A DNA stretch of 64,000 nucleotides from an uncultured Collinsella sp. (GTDB taxonomy: Bacteria; Actinomycetota; Coriobacteriia; Coriobacteriales; Coriobacteriaceae), in the NCBI GenBank assembly GCA_900541015.1, contig UQIB01000001.1, positions 23,519-87,518 on the forward strand, read 5' to 3'. This document shows positions 43,617-53,900 of this stretch, piece by piece; positions within the stretch are counted from its first letter, which is position 1, and every line of letters begins with the position of its first letter. The position numbers and the translations under genes were made by a program. The notes under the pieces were generated by a model. The model made no database searches. It was not told the origin of the DNA and saw only the letters and a program-made list of their open reading frames with translations.

Positions 43617-46265
43617 CTAGCAGACGGCGTAGTCCTGGGGCTCGCGGCCGTAGTAGGCGTCCAGGTAGAGCTCCTTGATCTCGCTCATGAGCGGGTAGCG
43701 CGGGTTAGCGCCGGTGCACTGGTCGTTGAATGCCTGCTCGGTCATCTCGTCGAGGGTGTCGAGGAAGTACTGCTCGTCAACACCGTAGTCGGCGATGGTC
43801 TTCTTGACGCCGATGAAGTCCTTGAGCTCCTCGAGCTTCGTGATGAAGTTCTCGAAGACCTCCTTGTCGTCCTTGCCCTCGATGCCGCAGTACTTGGCCA
43901 TCTCGGCGTAGTTGTGCAGCGCGTTGGGGTAAGGATACTGGGAGAAGGTGCCCATCTTGACGGGGGCCTCGGCGGCGTTGTAGCGCATGACGCGAGTCAG
44001 GATGACGGCGTTGGCGAGGCCGTGGGGCAGGTGATGGAAGGCGCCGAGCTTGTGGGCCATGGAGTGGTTGAGGCCCAGGAAGGCGTTGGCGAAGGCCATA
44101 CCGGCCATGCAGGAGGCGTTGTGCATCTCCTCGCGGGCATGCGGATCTTTGGCGCCGTTCGTGAAGCTGGAGGGCAGGTTCTCGAAGACGAGCTTAGCAG
44201 CGCGCTCGGAGAGGCCCTTGGTGTAGTCGGAAGCCATGATGGAGACGTAGGACTCGATGGCGTGGGTCATGACGTCGATGCCGGAGGCAGCGGTCAGGCC
44301 GCGCGGGGCGGTCATGCAGTTGTCGGCGTCGACGATAGCCATGTTGGGGAGCAGCGCGTAGTCGGCGAGCGGCCACTTGATGCCGGTCTCCTTGTCGGTG
44401 ATGATGGCGAACGGCGTGCACTCGGAGCCGGTACCCGAAGAGGTCGGGACGGCGACGAAGTAGGCCTTCTTGCCCATCTCGGGGAAGGTGAAGATACGCT
44501 TGCGGATGTCCATGAAGTCCATGGCCATGTCCTCAAACTTGCACTCGGGGTGCTCGTACATCATCCACATGATCTTGCCGGCGTCCATAGCGGAGCCACC
44601 GCCGACGGCGATGATGACGTCCGGCTCAAAGAGAGCCATCTGCTTGGCGCCGCGACGTGCGCACTGCAGCGACGGATCGGGCTCGACGTCGTAGAAGCAG
44701 TCGTGGGCGATGCCCATCTCGTCGAGCTTGGCCTCGATGGCGCGGGTGTTGCCATTCTTGAAGAGGAACTGGTCGGTGACGATGAAGGCACGCTTCTTGC
44801 CCATGACGTTGCCCAGCTCGTCGAGGGCGACGGGCGTGGAACCCTTCTTGAAGTAGACCTTCTCGGGAGCGCGGAACCACAGCATGTTCTCACGGCGCTC
44901 GGCCACAGTCTTAACGTTGATCAAGTGCTTCACCCCAACGTTCTCGGAGACGGAGTTGCCGCCCCAGGAGCCGCAGCCCAGGGTCAGAGACGGCTTCATG
45001 CCAAAGTTGTACAGGTCACCGATGCCGCCGTGCGAGGACGGGGTGTTGATGACGATACGGCAGGCCTTCATGACGTGCTCGAACAGGCTGATCTTCTCGG
45101 CCTGAGCGGGGTGCACGTACAGAGAGGCGGTGTGGCCCGGGCCACCGGCGAGCACCAGGCGCTCGGCCTTGTCGACGGCCTCCTGGAAGTCCTTGGCGTG
45201 GTACATGGCCAGGACCGGGGAGAGCTTCTCGTGGGAGAACTCCTCCTTGGCGGGGTCGGTGGAGGTGACCTCGGCGATCAGGATCTTGGTCTTGGCGGGA
45301 ACCTCGATGCCGGCGAGCTCGGCGATCTTGGCAGCGGCCATGCCGGGGATGCGGTGATCGAGAGCGCCGTTCTTGAACATGGCGGCACGCAGGGCCTCCA
45401 TCTCGGCACCCTGCTTGACGAAGTAGCAGCCGCGCTTCTGGAACTCGGCCTTAACCTGGTCATAGATGGTGTCGATGACGGTCACGGACTGCTCGGAAGC
45501 GCAGATCATGCCGTTGTCGAAGGTCTTGGAGTGAATGATGGAGTTGACGGCGAGCAGCACGTCGGCGGTGTCGTCGATGACGACCGGGGTGTTACCGGCG
45601 CCAACGCCCAGGGCGGGCTTGCCCGAGGAGTAAGCGGCCTTGACCATGCCCGGGCCACCGGTGGCGAGGATGATGTCGACGTCGCGCATGACCATGTTGG
45701 TCAGCTCGATGGAGGGGACATCGACCCAGCCGATGATGCCCTCGGGGGCGCCGGCCTTGACGGCGGCGTCAAGCACGAGCTTGGCGGCGGCGATGGTGCA
45801 CTTGGCGGCAGCCGGGTGCGGGGAGATGATGATGGCGTTGCGGGTCTTCAGGCAGATCAGCGTCTTGAAGATCGCGGTGGAGGTGGGGTTGGTCGTCGGG
45901 ATGACGGCGCCCACGATGCCGATGGGCTCGGCGATCTTGGTGATGCCGTAAGCCTCGTCGCGCTCCAGGACACCACAGGTCTTGGTGTTCTTGTAAGCGT
46001 TGTAGATGTACTCTGCGGCGTAGTGGTTCTTGATGACCTTGTCCTCAAGAACGCCGCGGCCGGTCTCCTCGATGGCCATCTTCGCCAACGGGATACGAGC
46101 CTTGTTGGCGGCCATGGCGGCCTCATAGAAGATCTTGTCGACCTGCTCCTGCGTGTACGTAGCAAAAAGCGCCTGGGCCTCTCGCATCTGAGCGAGCTTG
46201 GCCTCAAGCGCCTCTACGTTGTCCACAATTGCGGGAGTAGTGTTTTCCGGTGACTTTTTCACCAT
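43617..46265 (-). CDS. adhE: bifunctional acetaldehyde-CoA/alcohol dehydrogenase
   Basis: 882 aa; N-terminal ALDH domain and C-terminal iron-ADH domain (GGGSAMDAGK); AAGGAGA RBS. Confidence 0.92.
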   Translation of the reverse strand: MVKKSPENTTPAIVDNVEALEAKLAQMREAQALFATYTQEQVDKIFYEAAMAANKARIPLAKMAIEETGRGVLEDKVIKNHYAAEYIYNAYKNTKTCGVLERDEAYGITKIAEPIGIVGAVIPTTNPTSTAIFKTLICLKTRNAIIISPHPAAAKCTIAAAKLVLDAAVKAGAPEGIIGWVDVPSIELTNMVMRDVDIILATGGPGMVKAAYSSGKPALGVGAGNTPVVIDDTADVLLAVNSIIHSKTFDNGMICASEQSVTVIDTIYDQVKAEFQKRGCYFVKQGAEMEALRAAMFKNGALDHRIPGMAAAKIAELAGIEVPAKTKILIAEVTSTDPAKEEFSHEKLSPVLAMYHAKDFQEAVDKAERLVLAGGPGHTASLYVHPAQAEKISLFEHVMKACRIVINTPSSHGGIGDLYNFGMKPSLTLGCGSWGGNSVSENVGVKHLINVKTVAERRENMLWFRAPEKVYFKKGSTPVALDELGNVMGKKRAFIVTDQFLFKNGNTRAIEAKLDEMGIAHDCFYDVEPDPSLQCARRGAKQMALFEPDVIIAVGGGSAMDAGKIMWMMYEHPECKFEDMAMDFMDIRKRIFTFPEMGKKAYFVAVPTSSGTGSECTPFAIITDKETGIKWPLADYALLPNMAIVDADNCMTAPRGLTAASGIDVMTHAIESYVSIMASDYTKGLSERAAKLVFENLPSSFTNGAKDPHAREEMHNASCMAGMAFANAFLGLNHSMAHKLGAFHHLPHGLANAVILTRVMRYNAAEAPVKMGTFSQYPYPNALHNYAEMAKYCGIEGKDDKEVFENFITKLEELKDFIGVKKTIADYGVDEQYFLDTLDEMTEQAFNDQCTGANPRYPLMSEIKELYLDAYYGREPQDYAVC

Positions 46266-46358
46266 TTGTGTCTCCTTGCGATCGGAGATTTACCCTACGC
46301 CTTGCATGATAGCAAGAAATTATTCGGCGAACGGTAAGATTCCTCTAAAAGGCACACT

Positions 46359-46386
46359 AAAACGCTTCAATAAACTGAAGCGTTTT
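46359..46386. promoter_or_regulatory. perfect 11-bp inverted repeat AAAACGCTTCA-N6-TGAAGCGTTTT in the adhE upstream / rpmB downstream region
   Basis: Exact palindrome read from sequence; function (operator or second terminator) unknown. Confidence 0.4.
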
Positions 46387-46428
46387 AACTAAACTATCTG
46401 CCAGTGCATCGCCCTGCCCCCAATGAGT

Positions 46429-46464
46429 GCAAAAAGGCGCCCTCCGTAGGGGAGGGCGCCTTTG
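46429..46464 (-). terminator. intrinsic terminator for rpmB
   Basis: GGCGCCCTCC-GTAG-GGAGGGCGCC stem with a U-tract on the − strand. Confidence 0.8.
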
Positions 46465-46531
46465 GTAAGTTCTATGTGAACGCGAGGTCTTTGACCCGGA
46501 GAGTCCGAGGTACTTGTTGGTAAGACCTTAT

Positions 46532-46720
46532 TTAGGAGCGCGCAACCTTGCCAGACTTGAGGCAGGTGGAGCAAACGTTCATCTTGCGACGGTGACCGTC
46601 GACGACGACGTAGACGCGCTGGATGTTGGGGCGGAACTTACGGTTGGTGACGCGGTGAGAGTGGCTGATGGAGCGACCGGCAACGGGGTGCTTACCGCAA
46701 ACTTCGCAAACTTTGGACAT
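46532..46720 (-). CDS. rpmB: 50S ribosomal protein L28
   Basis: MSKVCEVCGKHPVAGRSISHSHRVTNRKFRPN signature. Confidence 0.9.
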   Translation of the reverse strand: MSKVCEVCGKHPVAGRSISHSHRVTNRKFRPNIQRVYVVVDGHRRKMNVCSTCLKSGKVARS

Positions 46721-47039
46721 AACTGACCCTCCTTGGGCGACAAACGAACATGTCGCGTTAACAAACAAGCCTGAACTATAGCACAGAAGTCGCTCCCTGT
46801 GCGCAATCTACACAGAGATATTTCTCTTTTGGCGATAGTGCCCACGCTACGGCCCTGGACGTAGATCCGATTTGCGTGCAGCAGAGGGGATTATGCCAGC
46901 TCGTGCGTGCGTTTTCAAGTTCGTCCCACAAATATATATAGGTTTATGGAGCATTGGGCTCCGTTTACGGATTGCTTTGTATTAATGCTCGCAATTGAGC
47001 TCGAGGTTGGCTACACTATCCCTTGACCATTAAAGGGGT

Positions 47040-47756
<717 letters not shown>

Positions 47757-47760
47757 TACC

Positions 47761-48705
47761 GTGGCGTTCAACCATAAGCACCTGATCGACATTACCGAGT
47801 ACTCCGAAGAGGACATCAAGCTCATCCTCGAGACCGCCAAGGCGTTCTCCGAGGTCAACGAGCGTGCGATCAAGAAGGTCCCCACGCTCAAGGGCAAGAC
47901 CATCGTCAACATGTTCAACGAGCCCTCGACGCGCACCCGCAGCTCCTTCGAGCTCGCCGAGAAGCGTCTTTCGGCCGATAGCCTTAACTTTGGCGGCTCC
48001 TCGACCTCCACGGTCAAGGGTGAGAGCCTCGTCGACACCGTCGAGACCCTCAACGCCTACAAGATCGACTGCATCGTCGTGCGCGATAAGCACGCCGGTG
48101 CTCCCTACATCGTCACGCAGAACTCGCCCGCGAGCGTCATCTGCGCCGGTGACGGCAAGCACAACCACCCCACGCAGGCCCTTCTCGACCTGTACACCAT
48201 CTGGGAGCATAAGGGTGACTTCCACGGTCTGAAGGTCGCCGTCGTCGGCGATATCTCACACTCCCGTGTCTGCGGCTCGCTGATTCCCGCCCTTAAGATC
48301 ATGGGCTGCGAGACCTACGCCGTCGCCCCCGGCACGCTGCTGCCGCCGGCGCCCGAGGTTCTGGGCTGCGACCACGTGACGAGCGATCTCGATTCTGTCC
48401 TGCCCGAGCTGGACGTTGTCTACATGCTGCGCGTGCAGCAGGAGCGCCTCGAGGGTGCCCCGTTCCCGACCATTCGTGAGTACCACAAGCTCTTCGGTCT
48501 GACCAAGGACCGCGAGAAGCTCATGAAGCCCGACGCAATCATCTGCCACCCGGGCCCCATCAACCGCGGCGTCGAGTTCGACTCCTATATGGCCGACCAC
48601 CCGCAACGCTCCGTCATCCTGGAGCAGGTCTACGCCGGTATCTGCGTGCGTATGGCTATCCTGTATCTGCTGCTTGGAGGTGCCGATAATGGCCTTGCTT
48701 CTTAA
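47761..48705 (+). CDS. pyrB: aspartate carbamoyltransferase catalytic subunit
   Basis: STRTRSSFE carbamoyl-phosphate motif and HPTQ; ORF open from GTG 47749 overlapping pyrR. Confidence 0.9.
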   Translation: MAFNHKHLIDITEYSEEDIKLILETAKAFSEVNERAIKKVPTLKGKTIVNMFNEPSTRTRSSFELAEKRLSADSLNFGGSSTSTVKGESLVDTVETLNAYKIDCIVVRDKHAGAPYIVTQNSPASVICAGDGKHNHPTQALLDLYTIWEHKGDFHGLKVAVVGDISHSRVCGSLIPALKIMGCETYAVAPGTLLPPAPEVLGCDHVTSDLDSVLPELDVVYMLRVQQERLEGAPFPTIREYHKLFGLTKDREKLMKPDAIICHPGPINRGVEFDSYMADHPQRSVILEQVYAGICVRMAILYLLLGGADNGLAS

Positions 48706-49978
48706 GAATGCCCACGTCGTCGACCCGTCCGTCGAGCTTGACGGTGTCGTTGACGTCCTGATTGACGGCGACAAGATCGCCGAGGTCGGCGAGAATCTCG
48801 CCGTCGAGGGAGCCGAGGTCCGCGACCTTTCCGGCAAGTACCTCGTCCCCGGCCTGGTGGATATGCACGTTCACCTTCGCGAGCCCGGCTACGAGGTCAA
48901 AGAGGACATCGAGAGCGGTACCCGCGCAGCTGCCAAGGGCGGCTTTACCGGTGTGTGCTCCATGCCCAACACCGATCCCGTCACCGATAACGGCACCGTC
49001 GTGGAGTTCGTCAAGTCCCGTGCTGCCGAGGTCGGTCACTGCCGCGTCTATCCGTCGGGTGCCATGACCCGCGGTCTTAAGGGCGAGGCCATGTCCGAGA
49101 TGGGCGATATGGTCGCCCACGGCGCCGTCGCCTTCACCGACGACGGTCGCGGCGTGCAGGGTGCGGGCATGCTCCGTCGCTGCATGGACTACGGCAAGAT
49201 GTTCGGCAAGGTCTTTATGAGCCACTGCCAGGACGAGGATCTGGTCGGCCACGGCCAGATCAACGAGGGCAAGGTCTCGACCCGTCTGGCTCTCGAGGGT
49301 TGGCCGGCTGCCGGCGAGGAGCTCCAGATCGCCCGCGACATCGAGATCGCCAAGCTGACTGGTGCCAAGCTGCACATTCAGCACATCTCCACCGCCCATG
49401 GCCTGGAGATCGTGCGTGCCGGTAAGGCCGCTGGCGTTCAGGTTACCTGTGAGGCCACCCCGCATCACATGTTCCTGACCGAGAACGACCTGGACGAGAC
49501 CTACAACACCTCGCTCAAGGTCAATCCGCCGCTGCGTACCGAGGAGGATGCCGAGGCCATCCGTCAGGGCGTCATCGACGGCACCGTCGACGTTATCGTC
49601 ACCGATCACGCTCCCCACACCCCGTGGGAGAAGGCCCGCGAGTTCGAGCTTGCGCCCTTTGGCATGATCGGTCTCGAGACCTCGCTGTCGCTCGTGCTCA
49701 CCGAGCTGGTCAACACGGGCAAGATGAGCATGGGCCGTATGGTCGAGCTCATGGCCATCAAGCCGCGTGAGATCCTGGGCCTCGACCAGGTTCAGGTCAA
49801 GGCGGGCTCCGTTGCCGACCTGACCGTGTTCGACCCCTCTGCCACCTGGACGGTCGGCGAGGACGGTTACGAGTCGCGCGCCGAGAACTCCGGTTTTGCC
49901 GGCCGCACGCTTATCGGTCGTGCCACCGATGTGTTTGTCGGCGGTAAGCAGACGCTCGCCGACGGCTGCATCTGCTAG
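48689..49978 (+). CDS. pyrC: dihydroorotase
   Basis: DMHVHLREPG metal-binding motif; ATG 8 nt after GGAGG. Confidence 0.9.
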   Translation: MALLLKNAHVVDPSVELDGVVDVLIDGDKIAEVGENLAVEGAEVRDLSGKYLVPGLVDMHVHLREPGYEVKEDIESGTRAAAKGGFTGVCSMPNTDPVTDNGTVVEFVKSRAAEVGHCRVYPSGAMTRGLKGEAMSEMGDMVAHGAVAFTDDGRGVQGAGMLRRCMDYGKMFGKVFMSHCQDEDLVGHGQINEGKVSTRLALEGWPAAGEELQIARDIEIAKLTGAKLHIQHISTAHGLEIVRAGKAAGVQVTCEATPHHMFLTENDLDETYNTSLKVNPPLRTEEDAEAIRQGVIDGTVDVIVTDHAPHTPWEKAREFELAPFGMIGLETSLSLVLTELVNTGKMSMGRMVELMAIKPREILGLDQVQVKAGSVADLTVFDPSATWTVGEDGYESRAENSGFAGRTLIGRATDVFVGGKQTLADGCIC

Positions 49979-50070
49979 CATAGCCTTATCGCTTTTGTGC
50001 GCGGTGCCCTTGCGGTGCCGCGCTTTCTGTTCGTTTTGACCATGCAACCGCATGGGGGATTGGAGCGTCT

Positions 50071-50862
50071 ATGCCCACACCTTCCACTGCACGCATGCAC
50101 GACTTCGAGGTCGTCTCGAACCAGGAGATCGCCGACGGCATCTTCTCGCTCGTCATCTCGGCCCCCAAGCTTGCAAGTGCGCTCAAGCCCGGTCAGTTTG
50201 TGAACATTGCCGTGCCCGGCGATGCGTCCTCGCTGCTTCGCGTGCCCCTGAGCTTCTATCGCGCCGACGCCCAGGCCGGTACCGTCGAGCTGTGGTACGC
50301 CGTCGTGGGTGACGACACCCGTCGTCTGTCGCAGATGGCCCCCGGCTCCAAGTCCAACCTGTTGGGCCCTGGCGGCCGCGGCTGGCTTGTTCCCGAGGGC
50401 ACCAGGAAGGCCCTGCTCGTCGCCGGTGGCATCGGCGTTCCGCCTGTGCTGTGTCTTGCCGGTATGCTTGCCGAGCAGGGCGTGGATGTTGACGTGTGCC
50501 TGGGCTTTGGCACCGCTTCCAAGGCCGTGGGTGTCGATGAGTTTCGCGCGCTGGGCGCCACGGTCAACGTTTGCACCGACGACGGCTCGCTCGGCACGCA
50601 CGGTTTTTGCACCGATCCTGCCGCCGAGCTGCTCGGCGAGGGCGGCTACGACTACGTCGCCAGCTGCGGCCCCGCTGTCATGATGAAGAAAGTCGCCGCC
50701 GCTGCCGCCGAGGCCGGTGCGTACTGCGAGGTGTCGCTTGAGCGCATGATGAGCTGTGGCTTTGGCGCCTGCAACACCTGCAATGTCGAGACGGTCGACG
50801 GTATGAAGGGTGCTTGCATGTGCGGCCCCGTGTTCGATGCTTCCAAGGTGGTGGTCTTCTAG
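50071..50862 (+). CDS. pyrK: dihydroorotate dehydrogenase electron-transfer subunit
   Basis: FAD/NAD-binding fold plus C-terminal 2Fe-2S cysteine cluster CGFGACNTC...C.C. Confidence 0.85.
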   Translation: MPTPSTARMHDFEVVSNQEIADGIFSLVISAPKLASALKPGQFVNIAVPGDASSLLRVPLSFYRADAQAGTVELWYAVVGDDTRRLSQMAPGSKSNLLGPGGRGWLVPEGTRKALLVAGGIGVPPVLCLAGMLAEQGVDVDVCLGFGTASKAVGVDEFRALGATVNVCTDDGSLGTHGFCTDPAAELLGEGGYDYVASCGPAVMMKKVAAAAAEAGAYCEVSLERMMSCGFGACNTCNVETVDGMKGACMCGPVFDASKVVVF

Positions 50863-51785
50863 TGGGTACCGTGAACATGGCCGTCGATTTCGGCGGCGTC
50901 AAGATGCAGAACCCCATCAACACCGCAGCCGGTACTTTTGGTTACGGTTGGCAGTTCCAGAACTTCTTTGATGTTTCCCAGCTGGGCGCCATCACCACCA
51001 AGGGTTGCGCTGCCGAGCCCTGGCCCGGCAACCCCGCGCCCCGCATGGCCGAGATCCCCGGCGGTATGATCAACTCCGTGGGCCTTCAGAACCCCGGCGT
51101 GGCCGCCTTTGCCCGCGAGTCCGGTCCGTGGCTCGAACAGCTGTCCAAGGACGGCTGCCAGGTCATCTGTCAGGTTGCCGGCCACTCCGTTGACGAGTTT
51201 GTCCGCGCGCTCGAGATGTATGTCGAGCTGTGTCCCTGGGCTGCCGGCTACGAGATCAACGTGAGCTGCCCTAATATCGCCGCCGGCGGTGCCGCCATGG
51301 GCTCTACGCCCGAGGGCGCCTCATCCGTTATGGCTGCCTGCCGCAAGGTGACCGATAAGCCGCTGTTCGTGAAGATGGCGCCGGTCAACGTCGCCGAGAT
51401 TGCCAAGGCCCTCGAGGCTGCCGGCGCCGACGGCCTTTCGGTCATCAACTCCATTCAGGGCATGGCCATCGACGTCCATACCCGCAAGTCCCGCGTGGCC
51501 AAGCCCAAGGGCGGCCTTTCGGGCCCGCTGTGCCACCACATCGCCGTGCGCATGGTCTGGGAGGTTGCCCAGGCCGTCGATATCCCCATCAACGGCGTCG
51601 GCGGTGTCATGACCGGCGAGGATGCGGCCGAGTTTATCCTGGCCGGCGCCACCTGCGTGTCGGTCGGCATGGCCAACTTCGTCGATCCGTGCGCTTCGCT
51701 CAAGATCGCGCACGAGCTCGAGGCCTGGGCTGAGTCCCAAGGCGTGAAGGACATCAACGAACTGGTAGGTGCTTTCGAATGCTAG
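50862..51785 (+). CDS. pyrD: dihydroorotate dehydrogenase 1B catalytic subunit
   Basis: GVKMQNPINTAAGTFGYG...NSVGLQNPG motifs; start GTG 50862 (TAGTG overlap with pyrK) or ATG 50877. Confidence 0.88.
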   Translation: MGTVNMAVDFGGVKMQNPINTAAGTFGYGWQFQNFFDVSQLGAITTKGCAAEPWPGNPAPRMAEIPGGMINSVGLQNPGVAAFARESGPWLEQLSKDGCQVICQVAGHSVDEFVRALEMYVELCPWAAGYEINVSCPNIAAGGAAMGSTPEGASSVMAACRKVTDKPLFVKMAPVNVAEIAKALEAAGADGLSVINSIQGMAIDVHTRKSRVAKPKGGLSGPLCHHIAVRMVWEVAQAVDIPINGVGGVMTGEDAAEFILAGATCVSVGMANFVDPCASLKIAHELEAWAESQGVKDINELVGAFEC

Positions 51786-52495
51786 AGACCGATGCCCGCG
51801 AGCGCGTAATCGTCGCTCTCGACTGCGACCGCGAGCGTGCGCTCGAGCTCGCCCACGAGCTTTCGGGCCATGCCGCCTGGCTTAAGGTTGGCATGACGCT
51901 CTATTACGCTGAGGGCCCCGAGATCGTCAAGACCTTTAAGGACCTGGGCTTTAAGGTCTTCCTTGACCTTAAGTTCCATGATATTCCGCATCAGGTTCGC
52001 GGTGCCGCCCGTTCGGCCTCGCTTGCCGGTGCCGACCTGCTCTCGGTTCACGGCTTGGGTTCGGGCGCCATGCTCGCTGCCTGCCGCGAGGGTGCCGAGG
52101 AGGCGCGCGAGGACCGCGCCAAGCTCGTCGCCATCACCGTGCTCACGAGCATGAATCAGGATGCCTTGAGCGAGATCGGCGTCGAGTCGCCCGTGGCCGA
52201 GGAGGCCGCCCGCCTGGCAAAGCTCGCTCAGGCCAACGGCATCGATGGCATCGTGTGCTCGCCGATGGAGGCTCACGACATGCGTGAGCTGCTGGGCCCT
52301 GATGCCCTGATCGTGACTCCGGGTGTGCGTCCGGTGGGTGCCGCCCTTGGTGACCAGTCCCGCGTGGCGACGCCTTCCCAGGCTATCGAGCGTGGCGCAA
52401 GCCACATTGTGGTGGGCCGTCCCATCACCGGTGCCGACGATCCGGTTGCCGCCTTTGACGCCATTGTCGCCGAGCTGGTCGAAAACGTCGCGTAA
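51779..52495 (+). CDS. pyrF: orotidine 5'-phosphate decarboxylase
   Basis: VIVALDCD...LKVG and FLDLKFHDIP motifs. Confidence 0.9.
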   Translation: MLETDARERVIVALDCDRERALELAHELSGHAAWLKVGMTLYYAEGPEIVKTFKDLGFKVFLDLKFHDIPHQVRGAARSASLAGADLLSVHGLGSGAMLAACREGAEEAREDRAKLVAITVLTSMNQDALSEIGVESPVAEEAARLAKLAQANGIDGIVCSPMEAHDMRELLGPDALIVTPGVRPVGAALGDQSRVATPSQAIERGASHIVVGRPITGADDPVAAFDAIVAELVENVA

Positions 52496-52659
52496 AAGAT
52501 TCCCCTAAGTCACCACTTTTGGGTTTCATTAGCACAAAATAGCCCCTGTGCCTGCGTAAACTTTCCCATCCTTTGTGTGGAATCGCAGGTCAGGGGCTTA
52601 ACTTTGGGCGCAGTATATTGCACTTTTTGCGGGTATCGTCTAACCTATGGAGCCGCGAT

Positions 52660-52690
52660 TGGGCATTTTGTACGTTCTACGTGCTAAAAT
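52660..52690 (+). promoter_or_regulatory. candidate extended −10 promoter (TGcTAAAAT) for mihF-gmk-rpoZ
   Basis: Hexamer at 52685-52690 in an AT-rich intergenic region. Confidence 0.3.
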
Positions 52691-52734
52691 GCCAATTATT
52701 GAATCAGATATAACCCAACTATTTGGAGGTACGA

Positions 52735-53043
52735 ATGGCACTCCCTCAGCTTACCGATGAGCAGCGCAAGCAGGCTCTTGAGAAGGCTGCTGCCGCACGT
52801 CACGCCCGCGCTGAGCTTCGCGAGCAGATCAAGAAGGGCGAGAAGTCCCTCGAGTCCGTGCTCAACTCCGATGACCCCATCGCTTCCCGCATGAAGGTTT
52901 CCACCCTCATCGAGTCTCTCCCTGGTTATGGCAAGGCCAAGGCCGCCAAGATCATGGAGGAGCTCGGCATCTCCGCTACCCGTCGCGTCCAGGGCCTCGG
53001 CGTCCGTCAGCGCGAGCAGCTCCTCGAGCAGCTGACCAAATAA
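52735..53043 (+). CDS. mihF: actinobacterial integration host factor (mIHF)
   Basis: ALPQLTDEQRKQALEKAAAARHARAELREQIKKGE...; conserved pyrF-mihF-gmk-rpoZ order. Confidence 0.85.
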   Translation: MALPQLTDEQRKQALEKAAAARHARAELREQIKKGEKSLESVLNSDDPIASRMKVSTLIESLPGYGKAKAAKIMEELGISATRRVQGLGVRQREQLLEQLTK

Positions 53044-53613
53044 GTGAGCGCTCAGGATTCCAAGCTCTTTGTGATTTCTGGACCGTCAGGCGCAGGCAAG
53101 GGTACGCTCGTCACTCGTGTGCGCGAGCGCCGCTCGAACCTGGGCCTGACGGTTTCGGCTACCACGCGAGCACCACGAAAAGGTGAGGTCGACGGCGTCA
53201 ACTACTTTTTTCTGACGCGCGAGGAGTTCGACCGCCGCGTGGCAAACGGTGAGTTTGTTGAGTGGGCCGAGGTCCACGGTAACTGCTACGGCACGTTGGT
53301 GAGCGAGGTCACATCCAAGCTCGCCTCGGGCGCGTCTCTGATTTTGGAGATCGATGTCCAGGGCGCCCTGCAGGTGAAGGAACGTTTTCCCGAGGCCGTG
53401 CTGATCTTTATCAAGCCGCCTTCGCTTGAGGTACTCCGCGAGCGTCTAGTCGGTCGCGGTACCGAGACGCCCGAGACGATTGAGCTGCGTATGGCAAACG
53501 CCGCCGATGAGCTTGCCCTTGCCGACCGCTACGACGACGTCGTGGTTAATGACGATCTCGACCGCGCGACCGATGAGCTCGTTCGCGTTCTCGATATGCA
53601 TGAAAGGATCTGA
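53044..53613 (+). CDS. gmk: guanylate kinase
   Basis: P-loop GPSGAGKGT; GTG start. Confidence 0.9.
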   Translation: MSAQDSKLFVISGPSGAGKGTLVTRVRERRSNLGLTVSATTRAPRKGEVDGVNYFFLTREEFDRRVANGEFVEWAEVHGNCYGTLVSEVTSKLASGASLILEIDVQGALQVKERFPEAVLIFIKPPSLEVLRERLVGRGTETPETIELRMANAADELALADRYDDVVVNDDLDRATDELVRVLDMHERI

Positions 53614-53618
53614 GGTCC

Positions 53619-53900
53619 GTGTCCGTTGTAAAGCCTTGCATTGACGATCTTCTGGAGAAGACCGATCACAACCGCTTCCTGCTCGCTTCGCTTGCCTCCA
53701 AGCGCGCCTGCGATATTAACAGCATGCTGCGTGGCCAGCACAACCGCGTGCTTGCCGTCCAGGATGTCGATGACATCACCATCGGGCTTTCCGGTGCCGA
53801 TACCATTTCGATGGCTATGGACGAGATTGTCGACGGCGACATCTCTTACGACGAGGCCCGTTACGAGAAGGCGCTCGGCCACAAGGTTGCTGAAGCCTAA
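53619..53900 (+). CDS. rpoZ: DNA-directed RNA polymerase subunit omega
   Basis: CIDDLLEKTDHNRFLLASLASKRACDIN; position after gmk. Confidence 0.85.
   Translation: MSVVKPCIDDLLEKTDHNRFLLASLASKRACDINSMLRGQHNRVLAVQDVDDITIGLSGADTISMAMDEIVDGDISYDEARYEKALGHKVAEA

Noticed and set aside
46266-46358. Rex-type operator (TTGTGAA-N6-TTCACAA) expected upstream of adhE.
   Set aside because: No match within two mismatches was found. Only TTGC-N6-GCAA and the separate 11-bp palindrome are present.
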